Shown: positions 17,548 through 27,506, counted from the first letter of the stretch. The stretch is DNA of 55,139 bases from Candidatus Sericytochromatia bacterium (GCA_036676985.1 JAKFBU010000051.1:1-55139), one strand, 5' to 3'. A program made the numbers and translations. The notes: generated by a model from the letters alone, not told the origin.

Positions 17548-18797
17548 TAGCTGGGGTCGATGGCGCTGACGGACGGGCGGCTCGCCTTGGTCAGGAGCTG
17601 CACGATGGTTCCCACGCGCGTGCTCAGGACCGCCAGATCGTCCTTGAGCGCCAAGAGGTGGCGCTCGTGCTCGAGGTTCTCGTTGCGCTGCAGCCCGAGG
17701 GCCTTGGCCACCTTGGCCTCGAACTCCTTGAAGTGGGCCTGGGTCTGCGCGAGGCTGCTGTGCCAGGCCGAGGTCGAGCTCTGGAGCTGGTCGAGCAGCG
17801 CCTCGAATTGCTCGCGCATGGCCCCTGCCATCTGCTCTTCGGCCTGGATGGAGCCGGCTTGGACCGACTCGAGCGCCTGGGCGAGCATGGCCCCCTGGGC
17901 CGCCAGCTGGCTCACGAGCTGGTTCAGGGTCTCCCGCTCGCGCTCGCCCTGCTCGCGCAGCGTGCGCAGGGCCACGTCCAGGGCATGCGTCGCCTCCGCC
18001 TGGCTGGCCAGTCGCGCCGAGAGGGCCGTGTCGAGCGATTGAAGGCGAGCGGCCTCCTCGCCCTGACGCCGGGCGAGCTCCTGGACGCGAGCGGCCTCCT
18101 CGTCCATGCGAGCGCCGATCGTCTTCTCGAGCCCCTCGTGGCGGCTCGCGAGCGTCGCGCGCTCGTCGTCCAGCTGCTCGCGCATGGCGGCAAGCTGCTC
18201 GCGCGAGGTGGCGTCCAGCTCGTCGCGGCGCTCCTGGTAGGTCGCGATCGCGTCCTTCAGCTCGATGATGCCGTCCGCGTGCCCCTCGGCGGCTTCCAGG
18301 GCCTCGGCGAGCCCCTCGGTGAGCTGGTCCCGGGCTTCCGAGAGGCCTTCGGTCAGAACCTCGTACTGCTTGGAGAGCGTCCGATCGAACTCGGCGAGCG
18401 TCTTCTCGAAGACGCCGACGCGGTCGGCGATGTCGTCGAATACCTCGTCCGTGGTCTGACTCAGGCCCTTGAGCTCGGCCTTGAGGTCGCCCAGGGCGTC
18501 CACTTGTCGATCTTGACCCTGCTCCAGACGATCGAGGCGGTCGGAGAGGGTCTGGAGCCGGGCCGTGAGGTCCCGGACGTCGCCTTGGAGCTGTTCCTCG
18601 ATCTCGATGGCGATGGTTTCCAGCTCGTCCTGGCGGACCTGCATGGCGTTCTGGCGCTCCAGGAGGTGCTCGATCTCGGCCGACTGCGCCTCCATGGCGC
18701 GGCGCCATTCGAGCCGCTCCTGCTTCTGCTCGAACGCCAAGTTGCTAAGGTCGGAGCTGAGCCGCTCCATGGCCCTGGCGAAGTCTTCTGGATCCAT
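17547..18797 (-). CDS. Soluble all-coiled-coil protein (~416 aa)
   Basis: Start taken at MDPEDF (18797). Continuous heptad A/E/L/Q/R pattern with no signal peptide or TM segment. Confidence 0.75.
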   Translation of the reverse strand: MDPEDFARAMERLSSDLSNLAFEQKQERLEWRRAMEAQSAEIEHLLERQNAMQVRQDELETIAIEIEEQLQGDVRDLTARLQTLSDRLDRLEQGQDRQVDALGDLKAELKGLSQTTDEVFDDIADRVGVFEKTLAEFDRTLSKQYEVLTEGLSEARDQLTEGLAEALEAAEGHADGIIELKDAIATYQERRDELDATSREQLAAMREQLDDERATLASRHEGLEKTIGARMDEEAARVQELARRQGEEAARLQSLDTALSARLASQAEATHALDVALRTLREQGERERETLNQLVSQLAAQGAMLAQALESVQAGSIQAEEQMAGAMREQFEALLDQLQSSTSAWHSSLAQTQAHFKEFEAKVAKALGLQRNENLEHERHLLALKDDLAVLSTRVGTIVQLLTKASRPSVSAIDPS

Positions 18798-18948
18798 CCT
18801 GGCGTCACCCCGGTCTACCCGCACGCGCCGAAACGCCGGCTTCTTGCCATGTACCCGACGGCCCGCTTTCTCTATTGACTGGAAATGAACGATCCTCGGC
18901 CGGCCCTATGCGTGAGGCCCAACATCGGGGATACTTATAGGAAATCGG

Positions 18949-21279
18949 TTGCTCTCTTCCTCGTTTCTCGATTGGATTGCGCAGGTGCCCCAACGTTACG
19001 ATCCCGCCGAAGCTGACGCAGCGCTCCGCCGCTACCCGCTCCGTGTCCTCAGGCGCCTGTGGCTCTTGGTCAAGCTCGTCCTGTTCTTCTTCGTGGCCGA
19101 GTGGTGGAGCCGCCGCGGCTTCCTCTCGCAGGATCCCGGGGCCGTCGCCGCCCGCGAGAAGCGGGCTGCTCTCCGCTTCCGCAACGCCGTCATCGAGCTG
19201 GGGCCGACCTTCATCAAGATCGGCCAGATGCTCGCGACCCGTCCCGACATCCTGCCCCTGAGCTACACCCACGAGCTCGCCTCGCTCCAGGATCGGGTAC
19301 CGCCCTTCGACTCCGGCCGGGCCATGGCCATCATTCGCCAGGAGCTCGGCCAGGACGTGACCTCCGTCTTCGCCGAGTTCGACGTGCGCCCGCTCTCGGC
19401 GGCCTCCATCGGCCAGGTCCACCTGGCGCGCCTCGTCTCGGGCGAGCAGGTGATCGTGAAGGTCCAGCGCCCCAACCTGCCGGAGGTCATCGCCCTGGAC
19501 CTCGCCATCATGCGGCGGTTGGCCGCCTGGGCCATGGGCCGGGACCTCGCGCGCTACGGCGTGCCCGTCGCCAAGGACATGCCCTACGTCGCCATCGTCG
19601 ATCGGCTCGCCGAGAGCCTCTACGAGCAGATCGACTTCGTGCGCGAGGCCGAGAACATCGAGACCTTCCGGCGCAACTTCCGCGATTTCCCCGGCGTCAG
19701 CGCGCCCAAGCCCTACTGGGACTACACGACCACGCGGGTCTTGACCGAGGAGTTCATCGAAGGCTTCAAGTTCGACGACTACGCGGGGATCCAGGCGGCG
19801 GGGCTGGACTACGTGGCGATCGCCAACCTCGGGGTGCGCGCCTTCATCAAGCAGGTCCTGGAGGACGGCTTCTTTCACGCCGACACCCACCCGGGCAACG
19901 TGCTCATCCGCCCCAACGGCGAGGTCGTCTACATCGATTTCGGGATGGTCGACACCATCCCCGCGGACTTGCAACAGATCCTGGTGGACCTCTTCATCCA
20001 CCTGGTCCACCTCAACTTCGACGCCTTCATCTCCGACCTCATCCGGCTCGACTTCCTTCCCGAGCAGGTGGATCGCAGCCGGGTGATCCCGATCGTCGAG
20101 GACATCTACACCACGCAGATGGGCCTGACGGGCCGCACCTACAGCACCCGCGAGATCATCGACCGGGTCAGCCAGGTCATGTACGACTATCCCTTCTACC
20201 TCCCCGAGCGCTTCGCCTTCCTCATGCGCTCGGTGGCGAGCATGGAAGGGACCGTGCTCGCGCACGTCCCCGACTACAAGTTCCTCAACGTGGGCCTGCC
20301 GTTCGCGGGCAAGCTGATGCTCAACCCCGAGCAGCGGGTGATCCGGGAAAAGCTCGTCACGGAGCTGATGGCCGGTGGGGAGCTCCAGATGGAGCGTCTC
20401 CTGGAACTCTTCGACTACGCCTCGCGCGAGCCCACCTTCCGCGTCGGCGAGCTGGCCCATGGGGGGCTCGCGTACCTGTTCTCGGAGGAGGGCCGGCGCT
20501 TCCGCAACGCCCTCACCACGAGCGTGCTCGTCCCCGAGATGCTCGCGCTCGACGGCACGCTGGACCGCATCTTCGGCCGCATCCTGGCGGACCCGAGCCT
20601 GGATCCCTTCGACGTCCTGCATGCCCTGGCCTCGTTCCTGCAGACGCCGGAGGGCCTCGAGTGGCTGGAGCTCGCCCTGCCGCGCCTGCGCCACCTCACG
20701 CCCTCGAGCTTCCTGGGGGCCCACCTGCCGGCCGTGGTCGAGCGGGTCACGACGGGACACTCGGTCGATGCCGTCCTCAGCGAGCTGCTGCCGGTCGTCA
20801 AGAATATGCTCTCGGACCGGGCCCTGAGCCTGCAGCCGCTCATCGACTGGCTGACCGCCTGGATCGCCGACCCCTTGGGGCGTGAGCTGATGCTGGGCTG
20901 GGCGGACCTGATCGAGGGGATTGGTCCGCGCCGGCGCAACGACATGTTGTACCTGGCCCTCATGGTCCTGGAGCATCCGGAGCTGGACCTGGCGCCGTTC
21001 ATCGCCGAAGTCGCCGAGTTCATGACGATGCCCGAGGCCGAACCCTTCCGGTCGGTGGCCATCCGCTCGTTCGAGGCGGGCGAGGTGGATCAGGCCCTCG
21101 TCCAGCTCCTGCAACGGGCCCTCTTCGACCGGGCCCTGCGCTCGGAAATGGCCGGCGTCCTCTGGCCGGCCCTGCGCTTTTTGGGCTCGCCCGAGGCGGG
21201 CGACACGCGCATGCGCCTCCTGGAAGCGACCTGGAAGCGCCTCACGACCTTACCCTTCACCCTCAGGAGATTCGAATGA
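18949..21279 (+). CDS. ABC1/UbiB/AarF-family atypical kinase with long helical C-terminal extension
   Basis: LGPTFIKIGQ (KxGQ), AASIGQVH, VIVKVQRP, FFHADTHPGN, IDFGM. Exact start uncertain. Confidence 0.9.
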   Translation: MLSSSFLDWIAQVPQRYDPAEADAALRRYPLRVLRRLWLLVKLVLFFFVAEWWSRRGFLSQDPGAVAAREKRAALRFRNAVIELGPTFIKIGQMLATRPDILPLSYTHELASLQDRVPPFDSGRAMAIIRQELGQDVTSVFAEFDVRPLSAASIGQVHLARLVSGEQVIVKVQRPNLPEVIALDLAIMRRLAAWAMGRDLARYGVPVAKDMPYVAIVDRLAESLYEQIDFVREAENIETFRRNFRDFPGVSAPKPYWDYTTTRVLTEEFIEGFKFDDYAGIQAAGLDYVAIANLGVRAFIKQVLEDGFFHADTHPGNVLIRPNGEVVYIDFGMVDTIPADLQQILVDLFIHLVHLNFDAFISDLIRLDFLPEQVDRSRVIPIVEDIYTTQMGLTGRTYSTREIIDRVSQVMYDYPFYLPERFAFLMRSVASMEGTVLAHVPDYKFLNVGLPFAGKLMLNPEQRVIREKLVTELMAGGELQMERLLELFDYASREPTFRVGELAHGGLAYLFSEEGRRFRNALTTSVLVPEMLALDGTLDRIFGRILADPSLDPFDVLHALASFLQTPEGLEWLELALPRLRHLTPSSFLGAHLPAVVERVTTGHSVDAVLSELLPVVKNMLSDRALSLQPLIDWLTAWIADPLGRELMLGWADLIEGIGPRRRNDMLYLALMVLEHPELDLAPFIAEVAEFMTMPEAEPFRSVAIRSFEAGEVDQALVQLLQRALFDRALRSEMAGVLWPALRFLGSPEAGDTRMRLLEATWKRLTTLPFTLRRFE

Positions 21280-21581
21280 CCCAGTCCTTGACCCTCGACG
21301 TGACCCAGCTGCGGCTATTGACCGACTGCTACCTGGCGAGTCAGCCGGGCAGCGAAGACGAGATCGGGGTGCTCCCGCCGGTCATCAAGGGGCTGCTCGA
21401 TCAGGCCCAGGATCAGATCGGCGCTGTGGAGTTCGCCCTGACGCTGGCCCCCCGGGAGGCCACGGAGCTCCGCGAGGCCTTGACGGTGCAGCTCGAGGAG
21501 GCCGCCGAGTCGGGCGACATCTTCGCGCTGGGCGAGCTGCAGGGCATCATCACCCAGCTCGAGCGAATCGAGCAGGCCTGA
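21276..21581 (+). CDS. Hypothetical acidic protein, translationally coupled to the ABC1 kinase
   Basis: ATGA overlap, AGGAG RBS, typical codon usage. Confidence 0.7.
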   Translation: MTQSLTLDVTQLRLLTDCYLASQPGSEDEIGVLPPVIKGLLDQAQDQIGAVEFALTLAPREATELREALTVQLEEAAESGDIFALGELQGIITQLERIEQA

Positions 21582-21652
21582 GCGGGTATAAGAGCAACGA
21601 CCGCGCGATCGCGGGCTGCCGGGGAGGACGCTCCCCCTAGAAATGGACCGCC

Positions 21653-21964
21653 ATGCCTGAAGTGAAGTTCACCATCGGCGAGGAGACCCAGACCTTCGAC
21701 ATTGCCGCCGGGGCGAACCTCCTGGGAGGGGCCCTGGAGGCGGGCGTGCCCATCGAGTACGTCTGCAAGTCGGGTCGCTGCTGCACGTGCAAGATCAAGG
21801 TGCTTGCGGGCGACCGCAACCTGAGCGCGCCGACGCCCAACGAGTCGTTCCGACTGGGGCGCGACAAGCTGAAGCGGAACTGGCGGCTAGCCTGTCAGGT
21901 CCAGGTGAACGGCCCGATCGAGGTGATGCACAACCTCTTCCTCCGAGCGGAGAGCCAGCCATAG
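21653..21964 (+). CDS. 2Fe-2S ferredoxin
   Basis: CKSGRCCTC (C-x4-C-x2-C) plus RLACQ. Confidence 0.9.
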   Translation: MPEVKFTIGEETQTFDIAAGANLLGGALEAGVPIEYVCKSGRCCTCKIKVLAGDRNLSAPTPNESFRLGRDKLKRNWRLACQVQVNGPIEVMHNLFLRAESQP

Positions 21965-21967
21965 CAC

Positions 21968-21995
21968 AAGCCCCCTGCGCCATTGCAGGGGGCTT
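21968..21995 (+). terminator. Hairpin after the ferredoxin gene
   Basis: AAGCCCCCTGC-N6-GCAGGGGGCTT. Confidence 0.7.
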
Positions 21996-22151
21996 CGGCG
22001 TATAACGCTGCGTACCGGCCCAAGCCTCGCCCTTGAAGCCGTGAATGAGCCGGTCGTACGTTGTAAAGAGCATAGCGAAGTCGAGAAAGTTTGTAAAGCT
22101 TTATGACGCTTTTTTCGGTCGTTCGGTTTTCGTGCGGCCATCCAGGTATCG

Positions 22152-22157
22152 TATAAT
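22152..22157 (+). promoter_or_regulatory. Sigma70-type -10 box (TATAAT) for the XRE gene
   Basis: Perfect TATAAT 45 nt upstream of the ATG in an AT-richer intergenic region. Confidence 0.55.
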
Positions 22158-22202
22158 AGAGGAACAGAGGCGCCGAGGACGATTGGGAAGGGAGACGGGG
22201 CG

Positions 22203-22610
22203 ATGGATCTGGCCAATCCTCTTGGTGAGTACTTACGCAGCCTGCGTCAGTCCCGCAGCATGACGGCTCAGGACATCGCACAGCGCTGTCAGTTGCCCGT
22301 GTCGGTCATCCTGGACCTGGAGCACGGTGATAAGCCGGACGACGACATCCTGCACACCCTGTCGCAGGGTCTGGGCATCCCGCTGGTGGATCTGCATCGG
22401 ATCGCGCAGGGGGAGCCGCTGCCGTTGCCCGAGGTAGCGCCCGTGCTGCCGACCCTGGAGCCGGTAGAGGACCTGGACGACGAGAACCGGCCGATGACCA
22501 TCCTGGAGGCCATCCGCGGGCTATCTCCGGCGCAGATCGAGAAGGTCATGGATTACGTGCAGCTGTTGAAGCTGGCGGAGCGGGGGCGGCGGCGGTCGAC
22601 GCTGCCTTAA
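22203..22610 (+). CDS. XRE-family helix-turn-helix transcriptional regulator
   Basis: LGEYLRSLRQSRSMTAQDIAQRCQLPVSVILDLEHG fits the HTH_XRE pattern. Confidence 0.8.
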   Translation: MDLANPLGEYLRSLRQSRSMTAQDIAQRCQLPVSVILDLEHGDKPDDDILHTLSQGLGIPLVDLHRIAQGEPLPLPEVAPVLPTLEPVEDLDDENRPMTILEAIRGLSPAQIEKVMDYVQLLKLAERGRRRSTLP

Positions 22611-22626
22611 GTGGCTACTCGAGCTA

Positions 22627-22660
22627 CCCCCCCACCCCCCCTGCTAGGGGGGGCTTTTTT
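22627..22660 (+). terminator. C7-A-C7-TGCTA-G7 hairpin with T-tract (REP-like repeat acting as terminator)
   Basis: CCCCCCCT-GCT-AGGGGGGG followed by CTTTTTT. Confidence 0.7.
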
Positions 22661-22664
22661 GTGC

Positions 22665-22697
22665 GGTGGCGGCCCAAGCTTCGCTTGGGCCGCCACC
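22665..22697. terminator. Perfect 15-bp inverted repeat between the convergent XRE and aminotransferase genes
   Basis: GGTGGCGGCCCAAGC-TTC-GCTTGGGCCGCCACC; read on the minus strand it lacks a U-tract. Confidence 0.6.
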
Positions 22698-22743
22698 TTG
22701 GAATGGGGTTTCGGTGTGGGTAGGGTCGCCAGGTGCGGCCCCC

Positions 22744-23889
22744 CTAGCAGGAGGGGGGGTGGAGCAGGAACCCCTTCAGGCGAGCAATCCCCTCGCGCAG
22801 TACTACTTCCGGCGTGATCCACGACAGCCGCACCCAGCCCTCGGCGCACTCGCCGAAGGCCCGGCCCGGCGTCACCACGACGTTCGCCTGGTCCAGGATC
22901 GCGTAGGCCGATTGGATGGAATCCTCCGCCCACGGCTCCGGCAAGCGTATGAAGCAGTAGAAGGCCCCTTCCGGTGCCGCGAACTCGAGCCCCGAACGGG
23001 ATAACTCGGCGACGAGGACCGAGCGCATGGCTGCGTACCAGGGCCGATGCTCGCCGAGCCGCTCCGGGTTTCGGAAGATGTTCAGGGCCACCTGCTGGGA
23101 GTACGAGCTCGCCGCCGTCGTGACGAACTGGTGGACCTTTACCAGCGCGCCCATGACCGCACTTGGGGCGATGACCCAGCCCAGTCGCAGCCCCGTGAGC
23201 GCGTTGCTCTTGGAGAGGCTGTTCGCGACCACCACGTGCGGATAGTACTCGGCGATGGTGGCCGGCGGCTCCGGGGTGTAGTAGAGCTCCCGGTAGACCT
23301 CGTCCGACAGGACCCAGATGGGCTCGCCGGGAAGCTCCTGGAGCCCGCGCGCGAGGGCTTCGAGCTCGTGGCGCGGCCACACCCGTCCGGTGGGGTTGCT
23401 GGGGGTGCTGAGCACGATCATGCGCGTGCGCGGCCCGATGGCCGCGAGGACCGGAGCGGCCGCGGGGGCGAAGCCCGTGGCCCCGTCCAGGCCCACCGAC
23501 CGGTGGGCGATGCCTTCCATCTGACAGAGCTTCGGGTAGAGCGGATAGCTCGGCTCGACCACGAGGACCTCGTCTTGCGCCGGATCCAGTAGGGCCTTGA
23601 TGGCCAGGTACAGGGCCTCCTGCGAGCCGTTGGTCACGCAGACGTTCGCGGCCGCGTCCAGGCCGGGGTAGGCATAGTGACGGGCGATCGCCTCGCGCAG
23701 CTCCATGAACCCCGGGTTGGGCGAGTAGGGACACCCCTTCTCGTGGACCCAGCGGATGGCCTCGTCGAAGGGGGCCATGCTCGGCCGCAGAGTGGGCTCG
23801 CCGAGGCCGAAGTCCAGGGAGTCGGGGCGCTTGCGGGAGTTCAGCTCGCGGATGAGGGAGGGCGGGATGTCGGCCAGGATGGGGTTCAC
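22744..23889 (-). CDS. PLP-dependent class I/II aminotransferase, probably N-succinyl-diaminopimelate aminotransferase (DapC role)
   Basis: GTG start overlaps the dapE stop. Motifs GLGEP, PSNPTG, SDEVY and SLSKSNALTGLRLG. The DapC role is inferred from operon context only. Confidence 0.85.
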   Translation of the reverse strand: MNPILADIPPSLIRELNSRKRPDSLDFGLGEPTLRPSMAPFDEAIRWVHEKGCPYSPNPGFMELREAIARHYAYPGLDAAANVCVTNGSQEALYLAIKALLDPAQDEVLVVEPSYPLYPKLCQMEGIAHRSVGLDGATGFAPAAAPVLAAIGPRTRMIVLSTPSNPTGRVWPRHELEALARGLQELPGEPIWVLSDEVYRELYYTPEPPATIAEYYPHVVVANSLSKSNALTGLRLGWVIAPSAVMGALVKVHQFVTTAASSYSQQVALNIFRNPERLGEHRPWYAAMRSVLVAELSRSGLEFAAPEGAFYCFIRLPEPWAEDSIQSAYAILDQANVVVTPGRAFGECAEGWVRLSWITPEVVLREGIARLKGFLLHPPSC

Positions 23890-24938
23890 GCGAGGAGCTC
23901 CCAGAAAGCCCGGAAGCTCTCTTCCAGGTAGGCGACGGGCACGGACTCGTTGGCCTGATGGGCCTGGGCCGTCTCGCCGGGCCCGAAGTTCACGGCCTCG
24001 ATGCCGCGCGAAGTCAGAAGCGCCACGTCCGTCCATGCCTGCTTGGCCTCGACTTCGAGCTTCAAGCGATCGCTCCAAGCCTTGAGGAGGGGGTGATCGA
24101 GGCAGACCTTGCCCGAGGGGGCCACGTCGACGATCCGCACGTCAGCCTCGCCGCCGACGAGATCCGTGAGCTCCTGGACGGCCGTCTCGCTCGGCTTGCC
24201 GGGGGCGAAGCGGTAGTTGACGTTGAGGGTGAAGGCATCCGGGATGACGTTGCGGCTGTTCTGAGTGGAGGCCATGGTGGCGTTCATGACCTCGTAGAAC
24301 GTGAGGTCGCCATAGCGGACCTCGCGCCGGCCGAAGGCCTTGAGGCGCTCCAGGTAGCTCGTGGCCTTATAGATGGCGTTGTCGCCCTGCCATGGGCGAG
24401 CGCTGTGGGCGCGCTGGCCGTGGAAGGTGACCTCCGCGTGCAGGCCGCCGACGCAGCCCGCCTGGAGCCGGTTGTCGGTGGGCTCGAGGCAGAAGGCCAG
24501 GTCGATGGGCGGGACGGCCCCCGAGTCGAGCAGGGCGGGCAGCGTGGCCGTGGAGGTCGGGCCCTCTTCCATGTCGTAGAAGACGGCGACGAGGTTGGCG
24601 CGGGTGAGCTCCGCGTGGCGCTCGAGCAGCTTGAGCATGACGGCGAGGCCGCCCTTCATGTCGCTCGCGCCGCAGCCGTAGACGCGATCGCGGTCCAGCC
24701 GCAGGGGCTGGTCGCTCGCGGGCTTGACCGTGTCCGAGTGGCCGAAGAGCGCGATGGTGGGACGGCCGGGCTGGGCGGGGGCGACAGCCACCACGGAGTT
24801 GCCGACCCGTCGCACGCCTTGGCTGCCCAGGATCTGGGAGACGGCGCCTTCGAGGTAGTTGGCGATCGCCGTCTCGTCTCCGGTGACGCTCGGGATGCGG
24901 CAGAGCTGCAGCGTGAGCTCGGCGAGGGAGAGGGACAT
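23886..24938 (-). CDS. dapE: Succinyl-diaminopimelate desuccinylase (M20 family)
   Basis: Start MSLSLAEL at 24938. Motifs GHSDTV, GCGASDMKGG, MEEG, LEPT, AHSARPW, AWTDVA, AHQANE. Follows dapD. Confidence 0.88.
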   Translation of the reverse strand: MSLSLAELTLQLCRIPSVTGDETAIANYLEGAVSQILGSQGVRRVGNSVVAVAPAQPGRPTIALFGHSDTVKPASDQPLRLDRDRVYGCGASDMKGGLAVMLKLLERHAELTRANLVAVFYDMEEGPTSTATLPALLDSGAVPPIDLAFCLEPTDNRLQAGCVGGLHAEVTFHGQRAHSARPWQGDNAIYKATSYLERLKAFGRREVRYGDLTFYEVMNATMASTQNSRNVIPDAFTLNVNYRFAPGKPSETAVQELTDLVGGEADVRIVDVAPSGKVCLDHPLLKAWSDRLKLEVEAKQAWTDVALLTSRGIEAVNFGPGETAQAHQANESVPVAYLEESFRAFWELLA

Positions 24939-24940
24939 GG

Positions 24941-25762
<822 letters not shown>

Positions 25763-25798
25763 GGGTGGCAGGTCCTCGAAAAAGTGGTCAACCGGGCC

Positions 25799-25804
25799 AT
25801 TATA
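25799..25804 (-). promoter_or_regulatory. Sigma70-type -10 box (TATAAT) for dapD
   Basis: Minus strand reads TTGCGC-TATAAT, 36 nt upstream of the ATG. Confidence 0.6.
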
Positions 25805-25812
25805 GCGCAAGA

Positions 25813-25848
25813 TCCAGTAGGACAGGCGCGGAGGCCTGTCCTACTGGA
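25813..25848 (-). terminator. Perfect 15-bp inverted repeat after pilT
   Basis: TCCAGTAGGACAGGC-N6-GCCTGTCCTACTGGA. Confidence 0.75.
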
Positions 25849-25855
25849 ACCGAGG

Positions 25856-26983
25856 CTAGCCGATGCGCTCCTTGAGGGCGCGGGCCGAGTTGCGGGCCAG
25901 GAGGATGAGATCCTGCTTGTTTTCCGAGTAGCTGAGCGCCGTCGGGTAGTCGATGATGCCGTTGTCCAGGTGGTGCATCAGGGACTGGTTGGCGCTCATC
26001 ATGCCGTCGAAGGAGCCGTTGGCGATGATGTCGTAGAGTTGGTCGATGTGGTTCTTGATGATGGCGTCGCGCACGGTGGCCGTCGCGACCATCAGGTCGA
26101 TGGAGGCCACGCGGCCCGGGCCGTCGGCGCGGGGCAAGAGCCGCTGGGAGATGCAGCCCTTGAGCACGTTGCCGAGCTGCACGCGGATCTGCTCCTGCTC
26201 GTGCGGCGCGAAGGCGTTGATGACGCGGTTGATGGTCTGGACCGCGTCGTTGGTGTGCAGGGTCGAGAAGACCAGGTGCCCTGTCTCCGCGGCCTTGAGC
26301 GCCAGCTCGATGGTCTCGCGATCGCGCATCTCGCCGATCAGGATGACGTTCGGGGCCTGGCGCAGGGCGGCCTTCATGGCGTTGGCGAAGGAGTCCGTGT
26401 CGTCGCCGACCTCGCGCTGGGTGATGAGACAGCGCTTGTGCGGGTGGATGACCTCGATGGGGTCCTCGATGGTGACGATGTGCCCGCTCGCGTTGCTGTT
26501 GATGTAGTCGATGATGGCCGCGAGCGTGGTCGTCTTGCCAGAGCCCGTGGGACCGGTCACGAGGATGAGGCCCTGGCGCTCGAGAGCCATCTTCTTGATG
26601 ACCGTGGGCAGGCCCAGCTCCTCCATGGACTTGATCTGAAGCGGGATGATGCGGATGACCGAGCCGACGGTCTTCTGGTTCCGGTACACGTTGATGCGGA
26701 AGCGTGCCACGCCCTCGATGGTGATGGCCGTGTCGAGCTCCTTGGTGGCTATGAACTTGTGGACCTGCTCCGGCGGCAGGCCCCCGAGCAGGATCTGCTC
26801 GACCTGCTGGGCGTTGAGGACCGGGGCGTCCTGCATGGCTTGGAGCTTGCCGCTCAGGGTCATCATGGGCGGCAGGTTGGCCTTGAGGTGGACGTCGGTG
26901 GCCCCGGCCTCGAAGGCGCGCTTGAGGACCGCGACGAGCACGGCGGAGGGCTGGACCTGGGCGGGGATGCTGGCGGTGGCCAT
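25856..26983 (-). CDS. pilT: Type IV pilus retraction ATPase, PilT/PilU family
   Basis: Walker A GPTGSGKTT, Asp box TIEDPIE, Walker B LRQAPNVILIGEMRD, His box GHLVFSTLHT. Confidence 0.9.
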   Translation of the reverse strand: MATASIPAQVQPSAVLVAVLKRAFEAGATDVHLKANLPPMMTLSGKLQAMQDAPVLNAQQVEQILLGGLPPEQVHKFIATKELDTAITIEGVARFRINVYRNQKTVGSVIRIIPLQIKSMEELGLPTVIKKMALERQGLILVTGPTGSGKTTTLAAIIDYINSNASGHIVTIEDPIEVIHPHKRCLITQREVGDDTDSFANAMKAALRQAPNVILIGEMRDRETIELALKAAETGHLVFSTLHTNDAVQTINRVINAFAPHEQEQIRVQLGNVLKGCISQRLLPRADGPGRVASIDLMVATATVRDAIIKNHIDQLYDIIANGSFDGMMSANQSLMHHLDNGIIDYPTALSYSENKQDLILLARNSARALKERIG

Positions 26984-26993
26984 GGGCTTCCTC

Positions 26994-27506
26994 TCAGCGG
27001 GCGACGAGCTTCGCGCCCTGGAAGGCGCCGGGGTTCTGGGAATAGGCGGTGCACTCGGCGACGACGTCGGCGGGCAGGTCGGCGCCTGCGAGCACGCGCA
27101 GGAGGGCGGGCAGGTCCAGGTGAATCTCGCGATCGCCCACGTAGATGTCGCTCAGATTGACGATGGGCTCGTCCAGGCTCGAGGTGGCGTGGTCGATGAA
27201 GGCGTGCAGTAGACCGCTATGGAAGATGCCTCGGCGGCCGGTGGCCGGATTCGAGAGCTCCCAGTAGGCACCGCGGGCCTCGAAGGCGCACTGCGGGCAG
27301 GTGAAGGTCTCGCTGGGCAGGTTTTCGACGCGATAGAGGCCCTTGGCCTCCTTGAGGGCGCCCACCACCTGCTTGTTGATTTCCGTCAGGTGGTCCCGCA
27401 GCTCTTCGGGGTTGTTCCCCCCGAGGGGGTTCATCTTGAAGGCCGCTTCGCTCAGGGCCGAGAGGATGGGCACCGAGCCGAGGAAGCGGCGGGTTGCTTC
27501 GAACAT
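26994..27506 (-). CDS. Hypothetical protein with CxxC motif, upstream of pilT
   Basis: ATG 27506 with GGAG RBS (GTG 27530 is an alternative). Contains CPQC and H-x3-H-x4-H. 10-nt gap to pilT. Confidence 0.7.
   Translation of the reverse strand: MFEATRRFLGSVPILSALSEAAFKMNPLGGNNPEELRDHLTEINKQVVGALKEAKGLYRVENLPSETFTCPQCAFEARGAYWELSNPATGRRGIFHSGLLHAFIDHATSSLDEPIVNLSDIYVGDREIHLDLPALLRVLAGADLPADVVAECTAYSQNPGAFQGAKLVAR

Noticed and set aside
2246-18797. Prophage tail or contractile injection system (coiled coils as tape measures, IPT proteins as fibres)
   Set aside because: No sheath, tube, baseplate, capsid or integrase genes, and all operon products carry lipoprotein signal peptides.
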